Assembly: GCA_942493075.1 (NCBI GenBank)
Contig: OW818681.1
Location: 5,622,779-5,686,778 of the forward strand
DNA length: 64,000 bases
Source of the DNA: an uncultured Verrucomicrobiota bacterium
GTDB lineage: Bacteria; Verrucomicrobiota; Verrucomicrobiia; Limisphaerales; UBA8199
Direction: 5' to 3'
Shown in pieces: positions 54,978 to 64,000 of this stretch (its first letter is position 1; every line of letters begins with the position of its first letter). Below the pieces are notes generated by a model. The model searched no databases, was not told the origin of the DNA, and was given only the letters and a program-made list of their open reading frames with translations. A program made the translations under genes and the position numbers.

Positions 54978-55412
54978 TTATTTCGCTGGGGCGAGGACAT
55001 CCGGCGTTTGTGCCTCGTGCGGATGCTTGTCACCTTTGTAAACTTTGAGCTTGGTCAGGAGCACCCGGCCAAGGCGGTTCTTGGGAATCATTCCCTTCAC
55101 CGCGTGGGTGATCAACCGCTCCGGAGCTTTGGCCCGCATTTGCTCAACGGTGGTGAACTTTTCGCCACCCTTCCAACCGGAGTAGGTCATGAACTCTTTG
55201 TCGGTTTCTTTCTTGCCAGTGAGCTTCACCTTTTCGGCGTTGATCACGACAACAAAGTCACCTGCATCGAGGTGGGGAGTATAAACAGGCTTGTCCTTCC
55301 CGCGTAAAATGTCAGCCACCTGGACCGCCAAACGGCCCAGTACCGCGCCGTTGGCATCAATCACATGCCACTTGCGCTGATCTAAATTCACTTTCGGCAA
55401 ATGCGTTTTCAT
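54978..55412 (-). CDS. rplM: 50S ribosomal protein L13
   Basis: Start set at ATG 55412 (MKTHLPKVNLDQRKWHVIDA). 'GRLAVQVADILRGKDKPVYTPH' and 'GDFVVVINAEKV'. Confidence 0.95.
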   Translation of the reverse strand: MKTHLPKVNLDQRKWHVIDANGAVLGRLAVQVADILRGKDKPVYTPHLDAGDFVVVINAEKVKLTGKKETDKEFMTYSGWKGGEKFTTVEQMRAKAPERLITHAVKGMIPKNRLGRVLLTKLKVYKGDKHPHEAQTPDVLAPAK

Positions 55413-55666
55413 CTCAAAATCCCGATAAAAGGAGATGGGAAAGTAGCAAACCAAGGCCCCAAGTCAACAGCCTTTTTGGATAAAATCGCATTCCTTTGCC
55501 ACGCAACCTTCATTATTCAGCGATTATGCTGCTGTTTGAGTCATTTTGCTCTTCGTAGATCTTTTCGTCCCCACACCCTCGTCAACCCCTGCTCAGGCCC
55601 GCTCAGCCCCAGCCATCGGGATTTTTCCCCCTTTCCGGATGGGGCCATTTCGGCAACCTTAAGCTC

Positions 55667-58600
55667 ATGGCCAACGACCAGATTCGGCACAACTTTAGAG
55701 CGGTTCTCCTCTGCACCTGCGCGATTTTGCTTGGTAATGGCTCCGCAGCCCTATCCCAAAGCACTAACGATACAACCGCGCCAGCCAACCCCGCGACCGT
55801 TGCCCAAACCAATGACAACGTCCCCACTCCGATTGCCGCCAAAACCACGCCTGCGGATTCACAAGATGAGGGACAAACCAACACACCTCCGCAATCGAAG
55901 CTGACCTCAACAAACTCGCCAGACAGCGGCACGAACGGCTCAATCTCCAAGCTCACCGACACCCAACCCGAGCCTGCCCTTGCCTCGTTTCGCCTTAAAC
56001 GTGGGTTCACTCTCAAAACCGTAGCCTCCGATCCCCTCGTCGCCTCTCCAGCCGCAATGGCCTTCGATGACCAGGGACGCCTTTATGTGGCTGAGATGCG
56101 GGATTACCCGGATCGAACCAGTGTCCGACCGCACCTGGGACGCATTCGATTGCTGGAGGACCCTGATGACACAGGGGTGTTCACTACGAATTACCTCTTT
56201 GCTCAAGACCTGGCGCTTCCTGCGGGAATTGTCTGTTACGACGGCGGCATATTCGTGGCTGCCACGCCGGAAATCCTGTATTTGAAGGACACGGATGGCG
56301 ATCATCGTGCGGACCTTCGCCGGGTAGTCTTCAGCGGGTTTGTGCGCCCTCCCCAGGCGACTGATGACCAGTACATTAACAACCTGGCCTGGGGCCCCGA
56401 CAATCGCATCCATGGCGTTGCTGCCGGGCTGGAAGGAAACATCACCGGCGGGACGCTTCCTCAACCGCTGTCTTTGGCGGGCGCGGATTTCTCATTCAAC
56501 CCGCGCACCCTGGATCTGCGCCGTGAAACAGGCAATGGCAGGTCCGGACTGACCTTTGATAATTTCGGGCGCAAGTTTGTCTCCGACTCTTCGCGACCAG
56601 TGCGCCAGCCGGTATTACCGCGGCATTACCTGGATAGAAATCCGTTCCTGGACTACGGCACCACTGTGCACGACGTGGCTTTGCCGGCTACCGCTATTTA
56701 TCGCGCAGCCGAAAAGACGAACGCCGCAACGGCCGGGTGGATGCGCCGAGCGAATGGATTGACCATCTACCGTGGAACCGCCTTTGCTACCAATTACGTT
56801 GGAAACGTGTTCGTGCCCGACCGGGAGGCAGGAGTGATTCACCGTGAACTGATGAGGGATTACGGGCTCGAGTTTTATTCTGAGCGTCCCGCCGATGAGA
56901 CCACTTCGGAATTCCTATCGTCCACTGATCCACAATTCCACCCCACGCAGGTGATCAACGGTCCCGATGGCTGCCTTTACATCGCCGATTTCCGGGAGGG
57001 CAGTGATGCCGGGCGCATTTACCGTTTAGCGCCCGCTGGATTTAAGCGGCCAAAGCGGATTAACTTTCAAAACCTTGGTGATTTCGAACTGGCCGGCCTC
57101 CTCGGGCATGCTAACGGCTGGCACCGGGATACCGCTGCGCGCCTGTTGATGGAGCGTAAATCCCCCGCGGCGGTCAACTTGCTCTCCGGCATGCTCAGCA
57201 GATCTCGCTCCGAACTCACACGTTTCCATATCCTTTCAGCATTGGCGGGTCTGGGGCCGATTGCATCAAGCAACCTCCTTACGGGGTTGCGGGATGCTTC
57301 TCCTGTCATCCGGGAACAAAGCCTGCGTCTGACTGAAACCACCATCACCAATGGGGTGATGCCGGACGCGATTTGGACCCAGGTGCGGGCCCTGGCTTCT
57401 GATAATTCGTTGCGCGTCCGCTTTCAACTGGCCCTTACAGCAGGACAAGTCAAACGCGCGGACCGCATTGGAGTGCTTGCAACTATTGCACGTCGCGATC
57501 CTGCTGGCTGGATCGCAACGGCGGCGCTCTCCTCAGTCCATCAGGGCGCCTCGCTTCTCTTCGCCAGCCTGGCCAATGACCCGGCCTTTCGCAACAGCCT
57601 TGCGGGCCAGGTGCTCCTTTCCCGCCTCGCCGCGCAGGTTGGAGTAAGTGGCCAGGCGGACGAAGTCAATCAGCTCATCGACGTCCTCGTCTCAGGCCGG
57701 TTGAGCGACGTAGGTTCTTACGCCTGCCTGCGCAGCTTGGGAGATGGTCTGAATCGCACGCGAAGCTCCCTGGCACTGGTGGATGAAAGGAACCGCCTCA
57801 AGCCGGTGTTTGAGCGGGCTCTCACCGTTCTTCTCGACGATAGGCTGGCGCAGGGGCTCCGGTGGGAGGCCATTCAAGTTATTGGCGTTGGAACCCTCAC
57901 CTACCAGGAGGTCGGGGACCTGCTCCTGCTTCAAATCGGCACCGGTCAACCTTACGGTATTCAGGCAGCGTCGGTCGCGTCTCTGGGCAGGTTCAATGAT
58001 CCGCGGGTAACCACCAACCTGTTTTCGCGATGGGATACGCTCAGCGCCGACATTCGCACACTGGCCACCAGCGCTCTATTGTCACGTGCCGAACGCGTCC
58101 CGATCGTGATGGGTGCTTTGCAGGATCGGATAATCTCCGCCTCGGATTTCTCACCACTCCGCATCCATTTTCTACGAACTCACCGCGACACAGCGGTCTC
58201 CCAGCAGGCACTCAGGATTTTTGGCAGTTATAATCCGAAGCTTGAGAACATTCAGCGCCACAGCACGGCGTTGAAGCTCACACCAAACCCCGGGCGGGGG
58301 CGCGACGTGTTCCGGGATCGTTGTGCCGACTGTCACCGGCTCAACGGGGAAGGTCGTGATGTGGGGCCGGACCTGGCTGGATTGAAAGTCCTGGGCAAGG
58401 AGGCGCTGCTGCAGGCGATCGCTGAGCCGAACATGACGATCCGTCCTGGCTACGCGGCGGTTGTGGTGGAAAACGGTGTGGGAGAAAATGCAATAGGCAT
58501 CCTGGAGCACGAGACGCCGGAATCCGTGAGCATTGCGCAACCGGGAGGCGGACGGCTTGTCTGGGGCCGGCCGAATGTGCAACTCGTACAGCCGCAGCCA

Positions 58601-58690
58601 TGGTCGATCATGCCGGAAGGCCTGTTGAACGGATTAAACGATCAACAAATAGCAGATCTGCTGGGGGCGATTATGAGTTCGCCGAGGTAG
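55667..58690 (+). CDS. PVC-type 'putative membrane-bound dehydrogenase' domain + HEAT-like repeats + C-terminal CxxCH heme-binding domain protein
   Basis: Signal sequence. The N-terminal 'FTLKTVASDPLVASPAAMAFDDQGRLYVAEMRDYP' resembles the TIGR02604-type domain. The helical-repeat middle is followed by 'CADCHRLNGEG', a TIGR02603 Pirellula/Verrucomicrobium-type cytochrome c module. Family names are from memory. Confidence 0.8.
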   Translation: MANDQIRHNFRAVLLCTCAILLGNGSAALSQSTNDTTAPANPATVAQTNDNVPTPIAAKTTPADSQDEGQTNTPPQSKLTSTNSPDSGTNGSISKLTDTQPEPALASFRLKRGFTLKTVASDPLVASPAAMAFDDQGRLYVAEMRDYPDRTSVRPHLGRIRLLEDPDDTGVFTTNYLFAQDLALPAGIVCYDGGIFVAATPEILYLKDTDGDHRADLRRVVFSGFVRPPQATDDQYINNLAWGPDNRIHGVAAGLEGNITGGTLPQPLSLAGADFSFNPRTLDLRRETGNGRSGLTFDNFGRKFVSDSSRPVRQPVLPRHYLDRNPFLDYGTTVHDVALPATAIYRAAEKTNAATAGWMRRANGLTIYRGTAFATNYVGNVFVPDREAGVIHRELMRDYGLEFYSERPADETTSEFLSSTDPQFHPTQVINGPDGCLYIADFREGSDAGRIYRLAPAGFKRPKRINFQNLGDFELAGLLGHANGWHRDTAARLLMERKSPAAVNLLSGMLSRSRSELTRFHILSALAGLGPIASSNLLTGLRDASPVIREQSLRLTETTITNGVMPDAIWTQVRALASDNSLRVRFQLALTAGQVKRADRIGVLATIARRDPAGWIATAALSSVHQGASLLFASLANDPAFRNSLAGQVLLSRLAAQVGVSGQADEVNQLIDVLVSGRLSDVGSYACLRSLGDGLNRTRSSLALVDERNRLKPVFERALTVLLDDRLAQGLRWEAIQVIGVGTLTYQEVGDLLLLQIGTGQPYGIQAASVASLGRFNDPRVTTNLFSRWDTLSADIRTLATSALLSRAERVPIVMGALQDRIISASDFSPLRIHFLRTHRDTAVSQQALRIFGSYNPKLENIQRHSTALKLTPNPGRGRDVFRDRCADCHRLNGEGRDVGPDLAGLKVLGKEALLQAIAEPNMTIRPGYAAVVVENGVGENAIGILEHETPESVSIAQPGGGRLVWGRPNVQLVQPQPWSIMPEGLLNGLNDQQIADLLGAIMSSPR

Positions 58691-58823
58691 GGCGGGCGGA
58701 ATCAGATCAAGCCACGTTGGCGGTGGATGGGGGATCTATGGGGTTGAGGCATTTGGGGCAAAAAGAATGAAGGCCGTATTTTAACTTGACCCCTGCACGG
58801 CTTCGCCTATTCCTGTCTAACGC

Positions 58824-60164
58824 ATGCAGTCCAAAACGCATTTTTCACGAAGGTCTTTCATCAAGGCCCTGGCAGGCGCAAGCCTCGCCGCTCCTTTCAT
58901 CAGCACCGGTTGGGCCGCCCGCCCACCCTCAACAGTCCTGCGCCACGCCAGCATTGGCGCTTCAGGCATGGCTTGGTCTGATATTCAATCTCTCTCCAAG
59001 CATCCTAAATTTGAACTCACCGCCGTCGCGGATGTGGATCTCACCAAGACAGCCAGCGTGCGCAAGCAATTCCCTGGCGCCCGCATTTACCAGGATTGGC
59101 GCGAACTGCTTGAAAAAGAGAGTGGTAACATTGATTCAGTTAATGTTTCCACGCCCGACCATATGCATGCGGCCATCGCGATGAGCGCGCTGCAACTGGG
59201 TAAACACGTTTACTGCCAAAAGCCGCTGGCACATGATCTGTTTGAGGTGCGCCAACTCGCTAAAGCCGCAGCATTGAGGCCCTCGCAGGTCACCCAGATG
59301 GGTATTCAGATTCATTCCACGGCGGTTTACCGCCTCGGGGTGCTGCTCATCCAGGCCGGAACCATCGGCAAGATTAAGGAAGTCCATTCCTGGTGCCCGA
59401 AATCCTGGGGTGGCGACGCCACTCCTCCACCCACTGGCAGCGATCCCATCCCCAGCGGCCTGGATTGGGACCTTTGGCTTGGCGTTGCCGACGAGCGGCC
59501 CTACATCGGTAACAGCTATTATCATCCGAACAACTGGCGGAAACGCCTGGACTTCGGCACCGGCACCTTCGGGGATATGGGCTGCCATATTTTCGATCCC
59601 GTGTTCAGTGCACTTGAATTGAAAGCTCCGATCGCCATCCGCTCCGAAGGCTCCCCGCCGAGCAAATGGAACTGGGCTCTGGATTCGAGGATCAACTACA
59701 CCTTTGCCGGAACCCCGTTCACGGCCGAGAAAACCATCCAGGTCCACTGGTATGATGGCGAGCAGAAGCTCCCAGACACGGTGATCAGCGCCCTTGAAGG
59801 TGACGAACCCGCCAACACGGGCTCAGTCTTCATCGGCACTCACGGCTCCATGCTGCTCCCGCACGTATCCCGGCCAATCCTGTATCCGGACAAGAAGTTT
59901 GCCACGTTCCAGATGCCCGAGGTTGAAGCGGGAGACCACTGGCTCACGTTTGTCGATGCGTGCCTCGGGAAGGCCCGCACAACCGCTGGGTTCAGCTATT
60001 CCGGCCCGCTCACAGAAGCGGTCCTTCTGGGTGGCGTAGCCTCCCGGTTCCCGCGCACCACCCTGCATTGGGACAGCAGCGCTCTCAAGTTTGAGGAAGC
60101 CGAGCCCAATAAATTCATTAAGCGCCAATACCGGGCGGGCTGGGAAGTCAACGGTCTGATCTGA
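58824..60164 (+). CDS. Gfo/Idh/MocA-family oxidoreductase with twin-arginine signal
   Basis: Tat motif 'SRRSFIKALAGASLAAP'. 'LRHASIGASGMAWSD' fits a Rossmann fold. 'VSTPDHMHA' and 'GKHVYCQKP' are the family EKP-type motif. Confidence 0.8.
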   Translation: MQSKTHFSRRSFIKALAGASLAAPFISTGWAARPPSTVLRHASIGASGMAWSDIQSLSKHPKFELTAVADVDLTKTASVRKQFPGARIYQDWRELLEKESGNIDSVNVSTPDHMHAAIAMSALQLGKHVYCQKPLAHDLFEVRQLAKAAALRPSQVTQMGIQIHSTAVYRLGVLLIQAGTIGKIKEVHSWCPKSWGGDATPPPTGSDPIPSGLDWDLWLGVADERPYIGNSYYHPNNWRKRLDFGTGTFGDMGCHIFDPVFSALELKAPIAIRSEGSPPSKWNWALDSRINYTFAGTPFTAEKTIQVHWYDGEQKLPDTVISALEGDEPANTGSVFIGTHGSMLLPHVSRPILYPDKKFATFQMPEVEAGDHWLTFVDACLGKARTTAGFSYSGPLTEAVLLGGVASRFPRTTLHWDSSALKFEEAEPNKFIKRQYRAGWEVNGLI

Positions 60165-60198
60165 GCGAAAAACCAGGCCATCACTTTTCAAGAAACAC

Positions 60199-60231
60199 AA
60201 ACCCCTTTCCGGGAAACCGGAAAGGGGTTTT
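60199..60231. terminator. bidirectional intrinsic terminator between convergent oxidoreductase gene and pilT
   Basis: Perfect 14-bp stem AAACCCCTTTCCGG-gaaa-CCGGAAAGGGGTTT with a GAAA tetraloop. A/T runs are built into both stem ends and a T follows. Confidence 0.75.
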
Positions 60232-60277
60232 GAATTTGCAAGCCGCCAGTGAGGACCAAAAAGATCCTGTCCTTGGC

Positions 60278-61375
60278 TTACTGCAGGATGCGTTTGCCTT
60301 CGTCGAGGAAAATGCCTTTGAAGTTCATCTCCAGAGCTTGCGGGTTGGTGGCCTTGGACAACGCTTCCTTCTCTGACACCTTGCCGGCTTTGACCAGGTT
60401 GAACAATGCCTGGTTGAAGTTGATCATGCCATCATCGCTGCCGGTTTCGATTGCAGCCGGGAGTTTGTCGAGCCGGTTCTCCTCGATCAGTTTGCGCACC
60501 GTAGGAGTGTTGATCATGATCTCCAGCGCGGGCGTCATTCCCGCCGCTACGGTTCCAACCATGCGCTGACAGACCACAGCCTGCAACGTGCCGGCCAACT
60601 GACGGCGAACCTGCTCGCGTTCATCCGCTTTGAAGAAATCCAGAATACGGTTAACCGATTGTGCGGCATTTGTCGTATGCAGCGTGGATAACACCAGGTG
60701 CCCGGTGTCCGCAGCACTCATGGCTGCCGTGAAGCTCGTTGAATCACGCATTTCACCGATCATGATGATGTCAGGGTCCTGCCGCAGCACGTGCTTCAAG
60801 GCGTGATGGAAGGAGAGGGTATCCAAGCCGACTTCTCGTTGCTCGATAACACATTGGTTATCCTCAAATACGAACTCAATCGGGTCCTCCATTGTGATCA
60901 GATGCTTTTTGAAGTTCGCGTTGATGTGCTCGATCATCGCAGCCAGGGTCGTCGATTTGCCGGAACCGGTTGATCCTGCTACCAGCACGATCCCGCGCGG
61001 TGACTCGGCGATCCGCTTGATCTGCTCGAGCAACCCCAACTCCTCGAAGCTGGGCACCACGGTTTTCACATAACGCATGGCCAGACACCAATGACCGCGC
61101 TGCTGGAAAAGATTCGTACGGAAGCGTCCTATGCCCGGCAAATAGTAGGAAAAATCGATCTCGCGCTCCTGTTCAAGCCGTTTCTTGAGGTGAACCGGGG
61201 TGACGGTCTCTACCACCGCATTCATCCATTGCTCAGTCGGATAAGGGCATTCGATCGCGATGAGCTGGCGGTTGATGCGGAAAACAACCGCGGTGCCGAT
61301 CTTGACATGAACGTCCGAAGCTCCACCTTCCACGGCCGTCTTCAGAATCCGATGAAAAATTTCCATGACTGGCAA
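60278..61375 (-). CDS. pilT: type IV pilus retraction ATPase PilT family
   Basis: 'GGASDVHV', Walker A 'GSTGSGKSTT', Asp box 'ITMEDPIEF', 'LRQDPDIIMIGEMRD' and His box 'GHLVLSTLHT'. The size (365 aa) fits PilT/PilU. Confidence 0.85.
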   Translation of the reverse strand: MPVMEIFHRILKTAVEGGASDVHVKIGTAVVFRINRQLIAIECPYPTEQWMNAVVETVTPVHLKKRLEQEREIDFSYYLPGIGRFRTNLFQQRGHWCLAMRYVKTVVPSFEELGLLEQIKRIAESPRGIVLVAGSTGSGKSTTLAAMIEHINANFKKHLITMEDPIEFVFEDNQCVIEQREVGLDTLSFHHALKHVLRQDPDIIMIGEMRDSTSFTAAMSAADTGHLVLSTLHTTNAAQSVNRILDFFKADEREQVRRQLAGTLQAVVCQRMVGTVAAGMTPALEIMINTPTVRKLIEENRLDKLPAAIETGSDDGMINFNQALFNLVKAGKVSEKEALSKATNPQALEMNFKGIFLDEGKRILQ

Positions 61376-61507
61376 CCTATCAAAATCTTGAATCCTGAAC
61401 CAAGGCGAAAATCACTCCTAATAACTCCATCGCAGTAAGGCCAGCCATGCGTCCATTGTGCAAGATCTCTTTGCCTCAATACTCATCCGCACCTATTGTA
61501 TGCGCGC

Positions 61508-62191
61508 ATGGTGCGTCTGGTTTTATTCGACATAGACGGCACGCTCATTCATACGGGCGGGGCCGGGGTCAAAGCTTTTGCAAAGGTTTTCGCGACGGCA
61601 TTCGGAGCGACGGACGGTTTTGAAAAGCTGAAATTTGCCGGGCGCACCGATGTGAGCCTCGTGCGCGAGTTCTTCAGCCTGCACCAGGTACCCGCCACAC
61701 CGGACAACTTCGAGAAGTTCTTCGAACAATACGTGTTCTGGCTGGATCACATTCTCCATTACGAGAACACGGCGAAGACGCTCTGCCCGGGAGTCGTGGA
61801 ATTTCTGGATGCGCTCGCCGCCCTTCCGCAGCCACCAGTTATCGGCCTTCTTACCGGCAACATCCAGCTTGGAGCCGAGATCAAACTGCGCTACTTCGGG
61901 CTGTGGGAACGCTTTACGCTGGGAGGGTTTGCCGATGACCAGGAGGACCGCAACCTAATCGCTGTAAAGGCGAAGGATCGGGGGTCCCGATATTTCGGCA
62001 GAGAACTAGCCGGTTCGGAGGTCCTGGTTATTGGGGATACCCCTTTTGACATCCGCTGTGGCCGAGCCATCGAGGCAAAGACACTCGCGGTGGCTACAGG
62101 CGGAGCGACGCTGGAGGCACTGCAATTGCATCAACCCACCTGGGCCGTGCCCAGCCTGCAAGAGATTTCGGCAACCGAAGCCTGTGCGTAA
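61508..62191 (+). CDS. HAD-superfamily hydrolase (phosphoglycolate phosphatase-like)
   Basis: Motif I 'LVLFDIDGTLI' and motif IV-like 'VLVIGDTPFDI'. Start set at ATG 61508 (the track uses TTG 61496). Confidence 0.75.
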   Translation: MVRLVLFDIDGTLIHTGGAGVKAFAKVFATAFGATDGFEKLKFAGRTDVSLVREFFSLHQVPATPDNFEKFFEQYVFWLDHILHYENTAKTLCPGVVEFLDALAALPQPPVIGLLTGNIQLGAEIKLRYFGLWERFTLGGFADDQEDRNLIAVKAKDRGSRYFGRELAGSEVLVIGDTPFDIRCGRAIEAKTLAVATGGATLEALQLHQPTWAVPSLQEISATEACA

Positions 62192-62365
62192 GTTCGGGTT
62201 CGGGATGTGCCCAGGACACACCTTCACCCTTTCACGCCCGCCGTCCCTCAGGTTTCTGCCGCGCCGCCTGCGCGAAACGCAACACTTGCTGCATCGTCCA
62301 AATTCTTGTTAGGCAGATTCACCGGATATGGCTATAATCCCCCCGAAGTCTATTAACTTTTGACA

Positions 62366-63517
62366 ATGCAGCCCTCCAAACTCATTTACTATGTAGATGA
62401 CGACGCAGCGATCCTTGAGATCTTTTCGTCATTTCTGAAGGAAGTGGACCCGGGGCTTGGCTTGCAGACCTTCCTGCGGGCGGACCAGGCGTTGGAGGCT
62501 GTGCGGCGGTGCCCGCCGGACGTGATCATTTCCGATCACCAAATGCCGGAGATGAACGGCACTCAGTTGCTGGAGCAGATCCGCCAGATATCACCGGCCA
62601 CCATCCGGATTCTGCTTTCGGGCTACATTCAAGGTCTCGACAATATTGGTGCGGCCCAGCAATGCCTGGCCAAACCAGTCAGCTATTTCGATTTGGTTCA
62701 AACCATTCGGCAGGCAATCACCGCCCGCGATTCGTTAAGCCTGGACATCAGCAAGGCTATTGGGTCCATGCGCTCTTTCCCGGTGCTGCCTGGGCTCTAC
62801 AACCAGATGGTTAAGCATCTCGATTCAGATGATTGGACAGTTGATAGCCTGGCTAGTCTGCTCTCAAAGGACGGTGGCTGCACCACCCGCATCATTCAGT
62901 TGGCCAACACTCCACTGTTTCGCGGGGAAGAAGTCATCACCACCGCCGAGGACGCCGTTGTCCGCTTAGGCACGGAGAATCTCAGGCCCATCGTCCTCTC
63001 GCTTGAGGTTTTGAAGGTGTTTGGCAAAGCTCGCACTTCCAAACTTCTCCAGACCGTCTGGGGACACAGCACGGAAGTGGCAGCCTGGGCGGGACGGATC
63101 TGTTCCCTAGCCAGTTCCGATGAGAGTTATCAGGCGTTCTTCTCCGGCATGGTCCATGACCTGGGCAAGCTCATGTTCCTGGAGCATGATCCCAAAGGTT
63201 ACCAGAGAATGAGCGAGGATCAGGCTATCCCCCTGCACCAGGCCGAGAGGCAATACTACGGCATCACCCATGCCGAGACCGCTGCCTTCCTGCTTCGGCT
63301 TTGGAATGTGGATGACGCCATCGCCGATGCGGTGGGCTGGCATCATATGACTCCCTCAGAGGAACCCCGTTTGCTCACTTCGAAAGTGGCGCTCGCACTG
63401 CAGATCGCTAATCGCATCAACGGTCTAAAACCCGCCGATAGCGTGATTGAACCCGAATTGCTGGCTGCACTCGGGGTGACGCGCGAACAGTTGTTCGCCG
63501 CCCTCAGCCGAGATTAG
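62366..63517 (+). CDS. response regulator with HDOD output domain
   Basis: REC domain 'LIYYVDDDAAILE...VIISDHQMPEMNG...CLAKPV'. The HDOD part carries 'FPVLPGLYNQMVKHLDSDDWTVDSLASLLSKDGGCTTRIIQLANTPLF', 'GMVHDLGKLMF' and 'HAETAAFLL'. Confidence 0.8.
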   Translation: MQPSKLIYYVDDDAAILEIFSSFLKEVDPGLGLQTFLRADQALEAVRRCPPDVIISDHQMPEMNGTQLLEQIRQISPATIRILLSGYIQGLDNIGAAQQCLAKPVSYFDLVQTIRQAITARDSLSLDISKAIGSMRSFPVLPGLYNQMVKHLDSDDWTVDSLASLLSKDGGCTTRIIQLANTPLFRGEEVITTAEDAVVRLGTENLRPIVLSLEVLKVFGKARTSKLLQTVWGHSTEVAAWAGRICSLASSDESYQAFFSGMVHDLGKLMFLEHDPKGYQRMSEDQAIPLHQAERQYYGITHAETAAFLLRLWNVDDAIADAVGWHHMTPSEEPRLLTSKVALALQIANRINGLKPADSVIEPELLAALGVTREQLFAALSRD

Positions 63518-63524
63518 AATCGGC

Positions 63525-64000
63525 TCATGCAGGGCACGCCAATGGCACCCCGTTGCATTCCCGCACCTCGATGTTGAGGTGGACAAGTTCTTCATGTTCA
63601 CTGAGTAACGCTCGATACTCTTCTATGCTCTTAGGTGCGTGAGCCACAATCGAAACGATTGCTGCGTATTTGCCCGAAGCCACCTGCCAGACATGCAAAT
63701 CGCAGATGCAGGCGTCTCCATCAGCCTCAATGGCTCGTTTGATCTCATCTGGCAGATCACATTCCTCAGGTGTTCGATCCAGCAAGATGCCTCCAGTATC
63801 GCGCACCAACCCATAGGCCCACACGCCAACCACCACACTGCCGACGATTCCCATCACCGGGTCGAGCCAGTGCCAGCCAAAATACTTGCCCGACACCAGT
63901 GCCACGATGGCAGTCACGGACGTCAGAGCATCGGCCACCACATGTATGTAAGCAGAGCGCAAGTTCAGGTCGCCGGCCTTATGTCCATCCTCGCCATGCC
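63525..64000 (-). CDS. cation diffusion facilitator (CDF) family transporter; 5' part outside window
   Basis: 'SAYIHVVADALTSVTAIVAL' and 'LDPVMGIVGSVVV' are TM5/TM6 motifs with metal-site H/D. A C-terminal cytoplasmic domain follows ('HVWQV...'). The frame stays open to the window edge. Confidence 0.8.
   Translation of the reverse strand, partial: HGEDGHKAGDLNLRSAYIHVVADALTSVTAIVALVSGKYFGWHWLDPVMGIVGSVVVGVWAYGLVRDTGGILLDRTPEECDLPDEIKRAIEADGDACICDLHVWQVASGKYAAIVSIVAHAPKSIEEYRALLSEHEELVHLNIEVRECNGVPLACPA

Noticed and set aside
58954-58965. 12-nt identity (TTGGCGCTTCAG) between the apex of the 25-bp palindrome (30638-30649) and the oxidoreductase coding sequence.
   Set aside because: It lies inside a well-supported ORF (codons for SIGASGM) and has no inverted partner nearby. 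I treat it as coincidence.
1-64000. CRISPR arrays, transposases, integrases, phage structural genes, and toxin-antitoxin pairs of known type.
   Set aside because: No direct-repeat/spacer periodicity was seen. No ORF shows DDE, tyrosine-recombinase or serine-recombinase motifs. Apart from the 21-23.3 kb cassette, the window looks like core chromosome.

Overview
This 64-kb window looks like chromosomal DNA from a moderately GC-rich member of the PVC superphylum, most likely a Verrucomicrobiota-like organism. That placement is an inference from a 'Pirellula/Verrucomicrobium-type' CxxCH heme-binding dehydrogenase-like protein, secreted IPT/TIG and Ig-domain proteins ending in an F[FY]R[VL] module, and a He_PIG plus GH27 alpha-galactosidase. 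All calls rest on motifs read from the ORF translations and on recollection of protein families; no searches were run.

I support about 54 protein-coding genes. Housekeeping blocks:
- rplM-rpsI, then argC-argJ-argB-argD-argF (48.8-55.4 kb)
- recA and infC (23.5-25.6 kb)
- hypC-hypD-hypE (25.6-28.1 kb)
- a stand-alone C-terminal half of carB
- SCO1 and DUF420
- pilT

The most unusual region is a ~14.5-kb pair of divergent, tightly packed operons at 6.5-21.0 kb.
- Rightward: HDOD-cheR-cheD-HDOD-cheB-cheA-cheW-mcp.
- Leftward: cheX, a receiver/pseudo-receiver/STAS fusion, three uncharacterised envelope or helical proteins, and a sigma54 enhancer-binding response regulator.
- No single-domain CheY is present, so I read it as a non-motility chemosensory pathway with transcriptional or partner-switching output.

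Other points of interest:
- An AlbA_2/HATPase_c_4 plus ParA-like two-gene cassette wedged between the mcp and recA.
- A 700-bp hairpin-dense non-coding island at 30.36-31.07 kb, including a perfect 25-bp-stem palindrome.
- A related 22-bp-stem palindrome at 6.39 kb.
- A four-gene phosphorelay operon with no Hpt domain.
- A small gene downstream of a second mcp that is interrupted at a C9/G9 homopolymer.

I saw no rRNA, tRNA, CRISPR array, transposase or integrase.
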